Shown here: one piece after another, positions 19,294 to 26,852 of the stretch
Numbering within the stretch: position 1 is the first letter of the stretch
Layout: every line of letters begins with the position of its first letter
From: Sphaerobacter sp.
GTDB taxonomy: Bacteria > Chloroflexota > Chloroflexia > Thermomicrobiales > Thermomicrobiaceae
Reading direction: 5' to 3'
DNA length: 64,000 nucleotides
Assembly (NCBI RefSeq): GCF_019683595.1
Contig: NZ_JADGHZ010000001.1
Coordinates: forward strand, 7,314 to 71,313
Notes under the pieces: generated by a model
What the model was told of the DNA's origin: nothing
The model's input: the letters and a program-made list of their open reading frames with translations, nothing else
Databases searched by the model: none
Translations under genes and position numbers: made by a program

Positions 19294-19432
19294 GAGGTGG
19301 TCGTTTCCGCGCCCTGGCAGCCATCTTGCGTACTCTTGCGGTGCTCAGTGGGTTGGCACGCGCGATCAACCACACCCACTGCCAACCCACACCATCCAAC
19401 CGCTCTGACCCCAAGACGGGGGAGTACGCAGG

Positions 19433-20773
19433 ATGCGTCGGCCCTGGCGGGATGATCCCGGCAATCTCGCTGCTCCGTCGTTGGTGCGCCCCGAGCCGGA
19501 GCGCACGCCGGCCCATCCCCGCTTCCTGCGTCCACCCCGCTACGCTCGGGCTGCCACGACCGGCTGGGAGGGTTCCGCGGCGGCGCGCGCCATCGTCGCG
19601 CTGGTCGTCACCTTCGTCCTGGTTCTCCTGGTCTACCTCCTCAGCCTGTCGTCACGGCCCGTCATCTCCAACCTCGCCCCGCGGCCCAACTCGGAGACAC
19701 CCCCGGGCCCGGTCACGATCAAGGCAACGGTCAATTCCAACGCCCAGCCGATCCAAAGGGTGGTCATGACGATCGACGGCTCCCTCGTGGAGCCGGCCGT
19801 CATCGTCCAGAACGACCACGTCTGGGTCGTCACCTTCACCGCCGTGCTGCGGCGCGGGAAGCACGAGGTGCGGGTCGAGATGATCGACGAGGCCGGCAAG
19901 CGCAACGGCCACGCCTGGTCCTTTACCGCGGCAGGCCCACGGCTCGCACCAACCGTGACCTTCGCCGGTCCAGCCCCCGGAGACAGCCTTCCCGACGGCC
20001 TCATCCGCATCGCAGCCGAAGTCATCAGCGAGGGTGACGTTGTGCGCGCCGAGCTGCGCCTCAACGACGAAACCATTCCCACGTTCCTGACGCCGGACCC
20101 AGAATCAGCGACGCGTGCCCAGGGAGCACGCGCCGCAAAGACCTGGACGCTCTTCGCCGAGCCGACGCTCGCGCCCGGCTCGTATACAGCGCGCATCATC
20201 GTGGAAGACGTCTACGGCTCCACCACAGAAGAGGTCATGAAGTTCGCCGTGGTGGACGATCCGGCCGAGGCGTCGGCGCGCTTCGTCGCCGAGACGGGGC
20301 AGTACATGCGCAACCCGTTCAAAGCCTTCTGGGAAGCGCACGACGGCGCCACCATTTTCGGCCGCCCTCTCAGTCCGGAGTTCGTCGACGATCGCGGCAT
20401 CACCGTTCAGTATTACGAGCGCGCGCGCCTCGAGCAGGCACCCGATGGCACGGTCATCTTGGGACTGCTCGGCCGGGAGGCACTGCCGGCCGACACCGAG
20501 CCGGTCGAGGCCCCAAACAACCCCGCCGTCCGCTATTTTCCTGAGACCGGCCACACGCTTGCTGGAAAGTTCCGAGAGTTCTGGGAGCAGCACGGAGGGA
20601 TCCCGATCTTCGGATTCCCGATCACGGAGGAGATGGACGAGGCCGGTGTTCGGGTGCAGTACTTCGAGCGGGCGCGGTTGGAGTTGCGCCCGAACAGCGA
20701 CGGCACCGGCATGGAGGTCAAGATCACCCCACTGGGTGAGCAAATGTGGCGACAGCGACGCGGTGGCCAGTGA
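19433..20773 (+). CDS. Membrane-anchored protein with Ig-like middle region and two C-terminal ~75-aa repeats, function unknown
   Basis: The TM helix is AIVALVVTFVLVLLVYLLSL. The C-terminal tandem repeats are F(K/R)xFWExHxGxxIFGxP...VQY(Y/F)ERARLE. Confidence 0.7.
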   Translation: MRRPWRDDPGNLAAPSLVRPEPERTPAHPRFLRPPRYARAATTGWEGSAAARAIVALVVTFVLVLLVYLLSLSSRPVISNLAPRPNSETPPGPVTIKATVNSNAQPIQRVVMTIDGSLVEPAVIVQNDHVWVVTFTAVLRRGKHEVRVEMIDEAGKRNGHAWSFTAAGPRLAPTVTFAGPAPGDSLPDGLIRIAAEVISEGDVVRAELRLNDETIPTFLTPDPESATRAQGARAAKTWTLFAEPTLAPGSYTARIIVEDVYGSTTEEVMKFAVVDDPAEASARFVAETGQYMRNPFKAFWEAHDGATIFGRPLSPEFVDDRGITVQYYERARLEQAPDGTVILGLLGREALPADTEPVEAPNNPAVRYFPETGHTLAGKFREFWEQHGGIPIFGFPITEEMDEAGVRVQYFERARLELRPNSDGTGMEVKITPLGEQMWRQRRGGQ

Positions 20774-20781
20774 GTGAGGGG

Positions 20782-21120
20782 TCACGCTCGCGACTGAATC
20801 GCCGCAAGGATGGTGCGCACGGTGTCGTCTACCGTGAGCGCTCCCGTGTCGACCGTCACAGTGGCGTGGGCACGGGCATCCGCCAGCCGATCGCGCTGCG
20901 TGCGGTACAGCCACTCGGGCCACGCCGGACCACGGCGCCGGCGTATCGTCTCCAGGTCCGCCTCCAGCACCACCAGATGGTCAGGGCGCGACCGTCTCCA
21001 CAGGTCCGGAATAATCGAGTGCTCCTGCGCGACGACGTACGCGTCGTACCCCGCCTGGCGCAATGCATCGACGATCGTTGTCTTTCCCGATGCGCAGACG
21101 CCGACCACCGCAATCCGCAT
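20782..21120 (-). CDS. Small P-loop NTPase/kinase-like protein (113 aa)
   Basis: MRIAVVGVCASGKTT (Walker A at the N-terminus). Alternative starts are at 21138 (ATG) and 21189 (TTG). Confidence 0.6.
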   Translation of the reverse strand: MRIAVVGVCASGKTTIVDALRQAGYDAYVVAQEHSIIPDLWRRSRPDHLVVLEADLETIRRRRGPAWPEWLYRTQRDRLADARAHATVTVDTGALTVDDTVRTILAAIQSRA

Positions 21121-21181
21121 CGCGATCCCTCGATCCATCGTGGCCGCCGGGCACCGGGCCACGGCGACGAGCGGTAGCGGC

Positions 21182-21892
21182 TCAGCCAAGCGGCACCGTC
21201 AAGGCCATGCGGCGGATCGGTTCAGCCCGCTCGACCTGGCGTAGTCGCAATACCACCACGGTCATGTCGTCCCCGGCCCGGCCCTGGTCTGCCCCCAATG
21301 CAGCTTCGAGGAACTGGTCGGCGACTACCTGAGCAGGCGTCTCCGGACCGACCACCCGGACGCCGGTCGCAAGGAAATCCAGCGGCTGGCCCCGCCGCCC
21401 ACCGGCGCCGATGATGCCATCACTGACCACGATCACCGTCAGGCCCGGCTCCGCCGGATACTCAAGTACGCGGGGACGGGTGTGCCGGTAGATCCCGATC
21501 CGGCCGCCGGACTCCGAGATCTGCGCGAACTCGCCGTTCCGCCCGAGCAGCATCGGCACCTCACTGTTGCGGGTGACTAGCACCGAGCGCGAGGCGAGGT
21601 CGACCGAAAGGATGTCCAGCGCAGCCGACACCTTGCCGTCTCGCATCGCATAGAGGAAGTCATGCGCAGCCCGAGCAGCCGCACCGTCCCGCACGCCCTC
21701 ATTGAGCAGCCGCACCGCCGCCCCGGCGACGAGCAGGCTCAGCCGCTTGGCACCGGCGCCGCTCCCCTGCCCATCGACCAGCACGGCTGAGAATCCGCCG
21801 CCCGGTCGCTCGACCAGCTCAACGGTGTCGCCGCTCTCACGGGTGCCGAACTTGTGCGTCTTGGCAACTGCCAGCTCGATCGCGACCGGCAT
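21182..21892 (-). CDS. Stand-alone SpoIIE/PP2C-like serine phosphatase domain protein
   Basis: GDTVELVERP...VLVDGQGSGAGA...VSDGI...DDMTVVVL is a SpoIIE-family pattern. The ATG at 21892 lies 6 nt after the rmlB stop. Confidence 0.7.
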   Translation of the reverse strand: MPVAIELAVAKTHKFGTRESGDTVELVERPGGGFSAVLVDGQGSGAGAKRLSLLVAGAAVRLLNEGVRDGAAARAAHDFLYAMRDGKVSAALDILSVDLASRSVLVTRNSEVPMLLGRNGEFAQISESGGRIGIYRHTRPRVLEYPAEPGLTVIVVSDGIIGAGGRRGQPLDFLATGVRVVGPETPAQVVADQFLEAALGADQGRAGDDMTVVVLRLRQVERAEPIRRMALTVPLG

Positions 21893-21897
21893 GGGCG

Positions 21898-22959
21898 TCA
21901 CCGGTTGTCTGGCGTCTTGAGGACGGCGCGTGAGCCGTAGTTCCGCCCGTAGTACTCGGCGAAGGCCGCGTCGCGTAGCGGCTCCCACCAATCCCGGCGC
22001 TGCCGGTACCACTCGACAGTGTCGCGCAGGCCCTGCTCGAAGGGCACCTGCGGCCGCCAGCCGAGCGCGCGCAACTTCCCGGTTGCCAGGGCGTAGCGCC
22101 GGTCATGGCCCAGGCGATCCTCGACGTGCTGGATCAAGTCGTGCGGCTGCCCGAGGAGATCGAGGATCTGCCGCGCGACGTCGAGGTTCCGTCGAGGATT
22201 GCCCCCTCCGATGTTGTACGCCTCGCCTGGCTTCCCGCGGAGCAGCACCGTCTCGATCCCCGCGCAGTGGTCAAGGACGTGGATCCAGTCGCGCACCTGG
22301 AGTCCGTCGCCGTAAATCGGCAATGGCCGGCCCTCCATCGCGTTGGTGATCATCAGGGGGATGAACTTTTCAGGGTACTGGTAGGGTCCATACGTGTTCG
22401 ACCCGCGGGTGATGGTCGCCGGAACCCCGTGAGTCGCCACGGCCGCGAGAACCATCATCTCCCCCCCGGCCTTGCTCGCCGAGTAGGGGCTCCGCGGCCG
22501 GAGCGGATCCTCCTCGCGGGACTCCCCGACCGGGACGTCCCCGTAGACCTCGTCCGTGCTGACGTGGACGAAGTGGCGCACCCCGTGTTCGCGCGCCGCC
22601 TCAAGCAGGACATGCGTCCCGACCACGTTCGTGCGTAGGAAGTCGTCTGCATCCAGCAGCGAGCGGTCGACGTGGGTCTCCGCGGCGAAGTTCACCACGG
22701 CGTCGCAGTCGCGCATCGCCGCCGCGACATCGGCACGGTCGCAGATATCGGCGTGAACGAAGCGGAAACCGGGATGTCCCTCGACGTCGGCCAGGTTCGC
22801 CCGGTTCCCGGCGTAGGTCAACTTGTCGTACACCGTGACCCGCGGCACGCCGCGCTCCAGGAGGTAGCGGACAAAGTTGCTGCCGATGAACCCCGCGCCG
22901 CCGGTGACGAGCACATGCCGCAGATCGTGTCGCACGTTCCTTCTCCCCACCCAATACAT
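21898..22959 (-). CDS. rfbB: dTDP-glucose 4,6-dehydratase
   Basis: VTGGAGFIGSNF (Rossmann), the YSASKAG catalytic YxxxK, and RmlB-type length. The exact start is uncertain. Confidence 0.9.
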   Translation of the reverse strand: MYWVGRRNVRHDLRHVLVTGGAGFIGSNFVRYLLERGVPRVTVYDKLTYAGNRANLADVEGHPGFRFVHADICDRADVAAAMRDCDAVVNFAAETHVDRSLLDADDFLRTNVVGTHVLLEAAREHGVRHFVHVSTDEVYGDVPVGESREEDPLRPRSPYSASKAGGEMMVLAAVATHGVPATITRGSNTYGPYQYPEKFIPLMITNAMEGRPLPIYGDGLQVRDWIHVLDHCAGIETVLLRGKPGEAYNIGGGNPRRNLDVARQILDLLGQPHDLIQHVEDRLGHDRRYALATGKLRALGWRPQVPFEQGLRDTVEWYRQRRDWWEPLRDAAFAEYYGRNYGSRAVLKTPDNR

Positions 22960-23062
22960 AGCTGGAGCGTGTCGCTGCGCGAGAGCCTAGCAAACCCGCC
23001 GCCCGCGGGCAACGCACCGGTACGGCATAGTCCATTGGTACCGGAGTGTCGGGAGACAAGTA

Positions 23063-23091
23063 TTGACAGGGGAGTGCGAGAGTCCTATACT
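23063..23091 (+). promoter_or_regulatory. Near-consensus sigma70-type promoter TTGACA-N17-TATACT
   Basis: TTGACA at 23063-23068, an exact 17-nt spacer, and TATACT at 23086-23091. The local GC content drops here. Confidence 0.7.
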
Positions 23092-23214
23092 CGGACCAGG
23101 ACGAAAGTAATACCTGTAGGCGCCAGCGTTCAGAAACGGAACGGAATGACTGGATGTCAACTCTAGTCATCGGCGCCGGCGGGTGGAGGCCCGAGTCACG
23201 GAAGGAGCTCACCC

Positions 23215-23244
23215 GTGAAGTGGAAGAACTTCCGCTGGAAGTAG
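23215..23244 (+). CDS. Mini-ORF 1: (M)KWKNFRWK, 9 codons, double stop TAGTAG
   Basis: GAAGGAG (23201-23207) lies 7 nt upstream of the GTG. All third codon positions are G or C. Confidence 0.4.
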   Translation: MKWKNFRWK

Positions 23245-23297
23245 TAGTCGCGAACTCTCCAGGTGTGCCGTCATCAGCGAAGAAGGAGACAAGGGCC

Positions 23298-23321
23298 ATG
23301 AAGAATTTCCGCTGGAAGTAG
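23298..23321 (+). CDS. Mini-ORF 2: MKNFRWK, 7 codons
   Basis: GAAGGAG (23282-23288) lies 9 nt upstream of the ATG. The core AAG AAT TTC CGC TGG AAG TAG differs from mini-ORF 1 by one synonymous change (AAC to AAT). Confidence 0.4.
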   Translation: MKNFRWK

Positions 23322-23372
23322 CAATCAAGGACTCCACATCTGTGAGGGCGTCCAAGGAAGACCGACGCACTC

Positions 23373-23510
23373 ATGGAGTGGAAGAACTCTCGCTGGAAGT
23401 CGAGACACCGTTTCGCGGGGTCTGCCGCGCGGGCAGCCAAGGCTGGTCGGACGACCGATTCGAGTCTGGTTGCCCGCGCGTCTTTTTCGACACAGGAATG
23501 CCGGTGGTGA
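23373..23510 (+). CDS. Mini-ORF 3: MEWKNSRWK followed by a 36-codon read-through extension (TCG replaces TAG) that crosses the terminator
   Basis: AAGGAAG lies 12 nt upstream of the ATG. The extension has much more A/T at third positions than real genes here, so only the first 9 codons look selected. Confidence 0.3.
   Translation: MEWKNSRWKSRHRFAGSAARAAKAGRTTDSSLVARASFSTQECRW
23427..23487 (+). terminator. Intrinsic terminator of the mini-ORF transcript
   Basis: A 12-bp stem, gcgcgggcagcc / ggttgcccgcgc (one G-U pair), with a 29-nt loop, followed by gtcttttt. Confidence 0.6.
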
Positions 23511-23692
23511 CCAGGTGACCCAGCAGCGAGACAGTGCGACGGGGCCTCACTGGCTATCCCGCAGGCTGGCCCTCCCCGCCCGACAACCGGTAGCAACGAA
23601 TCAGTACGAACACAGTACTTTCAGACCCCGCAGGGTCGGTACTCTTGCGCCGACATGTGACCCTCTCGGTGCCCGAGACAGCGAGAATCGAC

Positions 23693-23701
23693 TGTTATAA
23701 T
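23693..23701 (+). promoter_or_regulatory. Extended -10 promoter TGtTATAAT upstream of the HD-GYP gene
   Basis: tgttataat was read directly from the sequence. I see no good -35 element. Confidence 0.45.
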
Positions 23702-23737
23702 GCCAGAGACCGTGGAGGGAACCGCCCGGTTTGGCGC

Positions 23738-25093
23738 GTGGGGAGTGAACGTGCGCCACCAGCGGGCGGCCGAGAGGGATCGGGCTTCGGGACCGTGCAA
23801 CCAGTCGATCGGGTTCGCAACGCTGTCATCGGGCTCGTCGCCGTCACCGTGACGGTGCTCCTCGTCCTGGGCCCGCTCGCCCAGCGGCCACCGCTGACCT
23901 TGGAGACGTTCTTCGTCGCTGTCGTCCTCGTCGGCCTCATCATCTTCGCTGACTTCTTCGACATCGAACTGCCGCTCTCGTCCGTTCGCATCACCGTCTC
24001 GGTTTCATCTGCCCTCTGCTTCGCGGCCGCGCTGTCGCTCGGCCCCATCGTCGGCGCGCTGATCGCTGGCGGGGCGGGGCTCTTCGTGGAGCTGGTGGAC
24101 CGGCGGCCGACCATCAAGCTGCTCACCAACGTCAGCAACTACACACTCGCCACCTTCGTCGCCGGTTGGGCCTACAGCGCGCTGGCCGACCCCACCCGCT
24201 CACCGATCGGCACCTGGAGCAATGTGACCGTGACGATCGGCGCGGCCGCCGTCTACACGACGATCGAGTCCGGGGTCATGGCGGTCATCCTCTCGCGCGC
24301 CGTCGGCACTTCACCCTGGCAGATGTGGCGCGCCAGCGCCTACGGGGTCATCCTGGAGTGGATCACGCTGCCGACGCTCGGCAGCTTGATCCCGGTCCTC
24401 GAGCGCGAGAGCCCGCTCGCCCTCATCGTCGCCGCCGTTCCCCTCGTCGGGCCGTACCTGGCCTTCCGCAGCTATCGGCAGATCCACGAGGAGACGCAGA
24501 AGACGATCGAGATGCTGGCCGATACGCTGGATCGGCGCGATCCCTATACCTCCGAGCACTCCAAGCGGGTCGCCGCCTACGTCGAAGCGATCCTGGAGCA
24601 CATGGATAACGTCCCCCTCGAAGAGGCCGAGCGCATCATCGCCGCCGCCCGGATTCACGACCTGGGCAAGGTCAGCACGCCGGACGCGACCTTGATGAAG
24701 CCGGACAAGCTCACCCCGGAGGAACGCCGGGCGATCGAGAAGCACGCCGCCGAAGGCGCGGCGATCCTGAGCAACCTGACCATGTACCGCACGGTCGCCC
24801 ACATCGTCCGGCACCACCACGAGCGCTGGGACGGCACGGGGTACCCCGACGGCCTGGCAGGAGAGGAAATCCCCTTCGGCTCGCGGGTCATCGCCGTGGC
24901 CGACACCTACGACGCCATGACCTCAGATCGAACGTACCGCCGCGCGCTTCCTCACCATGTCGCGATGGCCGAGCTACGTCGCTGCGCCGGGACCCAGTTC
25001 GACCCTGAGGTGGTCCGCGCCTTCGAGCGCGCCATGAGCGCCGCGCCTGCTGTCCGCCAGTGCCCGACGCTGGCGCCCGAAGCGAACCACTGA
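23738..25093 (+). CDS. Multi-pass membrane HD-GYP domain protein (putative c-di-GMP phosphodiesterase)
   Basis: The N-terminal half has about 7 hydrophobic helices. The C-terminal half has HDLGK and HHERWDGTGYPDGL. The start is uncertain (GTG at 23738 or GTG at 23795). The track start at 23645 lies upstream of the predicted promoter. Confidence 0.8.
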   Translation: MGSERAPPAGGREGSGFGTVQPVDRVRNAVIGLVAVTVTVLLVLGPLAQRPPLTLETFFVAVVLVGLIIFADFFDIELPLSSVRITVSVSSALCFAAALSLGPIVGALIAGGAGLFVELVDRRPTIKLLTNVSNYTLATFVAGWAYSALADPTRSPIGTWSNVTVTIGAAAVYTTIESGVMAVILSRAVGTSPWQMWRASAYGVILEWITLPTLGSLIPVLERESPLALIVAAVPLVGPYLAFRSYRQIHEETQKTIEMLADTLDRRDPYTSEHSKRVAAYVEAILEHMDNVPLEEAERIIAAARIHDLGKVSTPDATLMKPDKLTPEERRAIEKHAAEGAAILSNLTMYRTVAHIVRHHHERWDGTGYPDGLAGEEIPFGSRVIAVADTYDAMTSDRTYRRALPHHVAMAELRRCAGTQFDPEVVRAFERAMSAAPAVRQCPTLAPEANH

Positions 25094-25198
25094 CGGTGCC
25101 CGGAGCGGCACAACTCACCCGCCTTCCGGCATAATCAAGGACGGCACGGCCGCGGCCGGCGACGACGGTACTCGCCTCATCGGCACGAAGGACGCAGG

Positions 25199-25930
25199 GT
25201 GCGCTTCGACGTCTTCACCATCTTTCCCGGGATCTTTGATGGCCCGCTCGACGAGAGCATCCTGAAGCGTGCGCGCGAGCGCGGGCTGATCTCCGTCCAC
25301 CTCCACGACATCCGGGACTGGGCCACCGATCGCCACCGCTCGGTCGACGACTACCCCTACGGCGGAGGCCCGGGGATGGTCATGATGGCACCTCCCATCG
25401 TGAGCGCCGTCGAGACCGTGCTCGGCGACGAGATCGACACGACCCCGATCATCGCGCTCTCAGCGTCCGGCGAGCCCTTCAACCAGGCTGTCGCCGCGGA
25501 GCTGGCGCAGCACCCGCGCCTCGCCCTCATCTGCGGTCGGTACGAGGGGATTGACGAACGTGTCCATCTCATCCTCCGAACGCGCCAGCTCTCGATCGGC
25601 GACTACGTGCTGACCGGCGGCGAGCTCGCCGCTGCGGTCATGATCGACGTCATCGCCCGGCTCGTCCCCGGCGTGATCGACCCGGAGTCGCTGCAGGAGG
25701 AGTCCTTCACCAGCGGCTTGCTCGAGTACCCGCAATACACCAGACCGCCCGAATACCGCGGGCTCACCGTCCCGGAGATCCTCCTGAGCGGGCATCACGC
25801 GCGCATCGCGGAATGGCGCCGCCAGCAGTCCCTCTGCCGGACCCGCGCGCTGCGCCCTGATCTTCTGGAACGGGCCAACCTCACCCCGGCCGACCTGCGC
25901 CTGCTCGAACAGTGCCCGGACGAGAGCTAG
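25199..25930 (+). CDS. trmD: tRNA (guanine37-N1)-methyltransferase
   Basis: FDVFTIFPGIF...DDYPYGGGPGMVM...GRYEGIDERV...GDYVLTGGE. Confidence 0.95.
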   Translation: MRFDVFTIFPGIFDGPLDESILKRARERGLISVHLHDIRDWATDRHRSVDDYPYGGGPGMVMMAPPIVSAVETVLGDEIDTTPIIALSASGEPFNQAVAAELAQHPRLALICGRYEGIDERVHLILRTRQLSIGDYVLTGGELAAAVMIDVIARLVPGVIDPESLQEESFTSGLLEYPQYTRPPEYRGLTVPEILLSGHHARIAEWRRQQSLCRTRALRPDLLERANLTPADLRLLEQCPDES

Positions 25931-26023
25931 CGGATCGGGCACCCTCACGGACTCCGCGCCCCAACGGCTGAGCCAAACCCGCTGCTCTAGCCTGCTGCCG
26001 CACGAGCGGGCACAATTGCAGGC

Positions 26024-26758
<735 letters not shown>

Positions 26759-26852
26759 CCACCACCGCAGCGATCCGGCCGGAACCCTGGTAAGCTACCG
26801 TCGGCGCGGCCGCGCGCCGCCGGTGGTGATGGTGGCCTCGGGAAGCGAGTCG

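Larger units (their letters stand above)
23063..23487 (+). other. Predicted ~390-nt transcription unit: structured leader plus three tandem SD/mini-ORF modules plus intrinsic terminator
   Basis: Both the promoter and the terminator are readable. The modules start 83 and 75 nt apart. Conservation is concentrated in the SD sequences and mini-ORFs. Confidence 0.55.

Noticed and set aside
23098-23214. Known riboswitch in the mini-ORF leader. I considered TPP, because of TAATACC...CCAGCG, and c-di-GMP, because of the HD-GYP neighbour.
   Set aside because: The CUGAGA element and P2/P3 helices of the THI-box are absent downstream of the predicted TSS. I could not find the GEMM-type paired hairpins with a tetraloop and receptor.
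23215-23400. Classical trp-operon attenuator or RiPP precursor cluster (streptide-like K-x3-W, darobactin-like W/N/K/F heptapeptide).
   Set aside because: No tryptophan biosynthesis genes, radical-SAM or other maturase, protease or dedicated exporter are adjacent. The peptides also have no leader region. I kept these only as hypotheses inside the main finding, not as calls.
23420-23450. Possible SRP (4.5S) RNA, because CAGCCAAGG matches part of the conserved domain IV sequence (…GGAAGCAGCCAAGG…).
   Set aside because: The flanking sequence lacks the GNRA tetraloop hairpin and the AGGUCC/GGAAGCA symmetric-loop context. The match is 9 nt and sits in the terminator stem-loop.
23440-23480. tRNA-like T-arm (GATTCGAGTC) inside the terminator loop.
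   Set aside because: I could not build a 5-bp T-stem around a 7-nt loop or any acceptor or anticodon arm. It is not a tRNA or a tRNA fragment.
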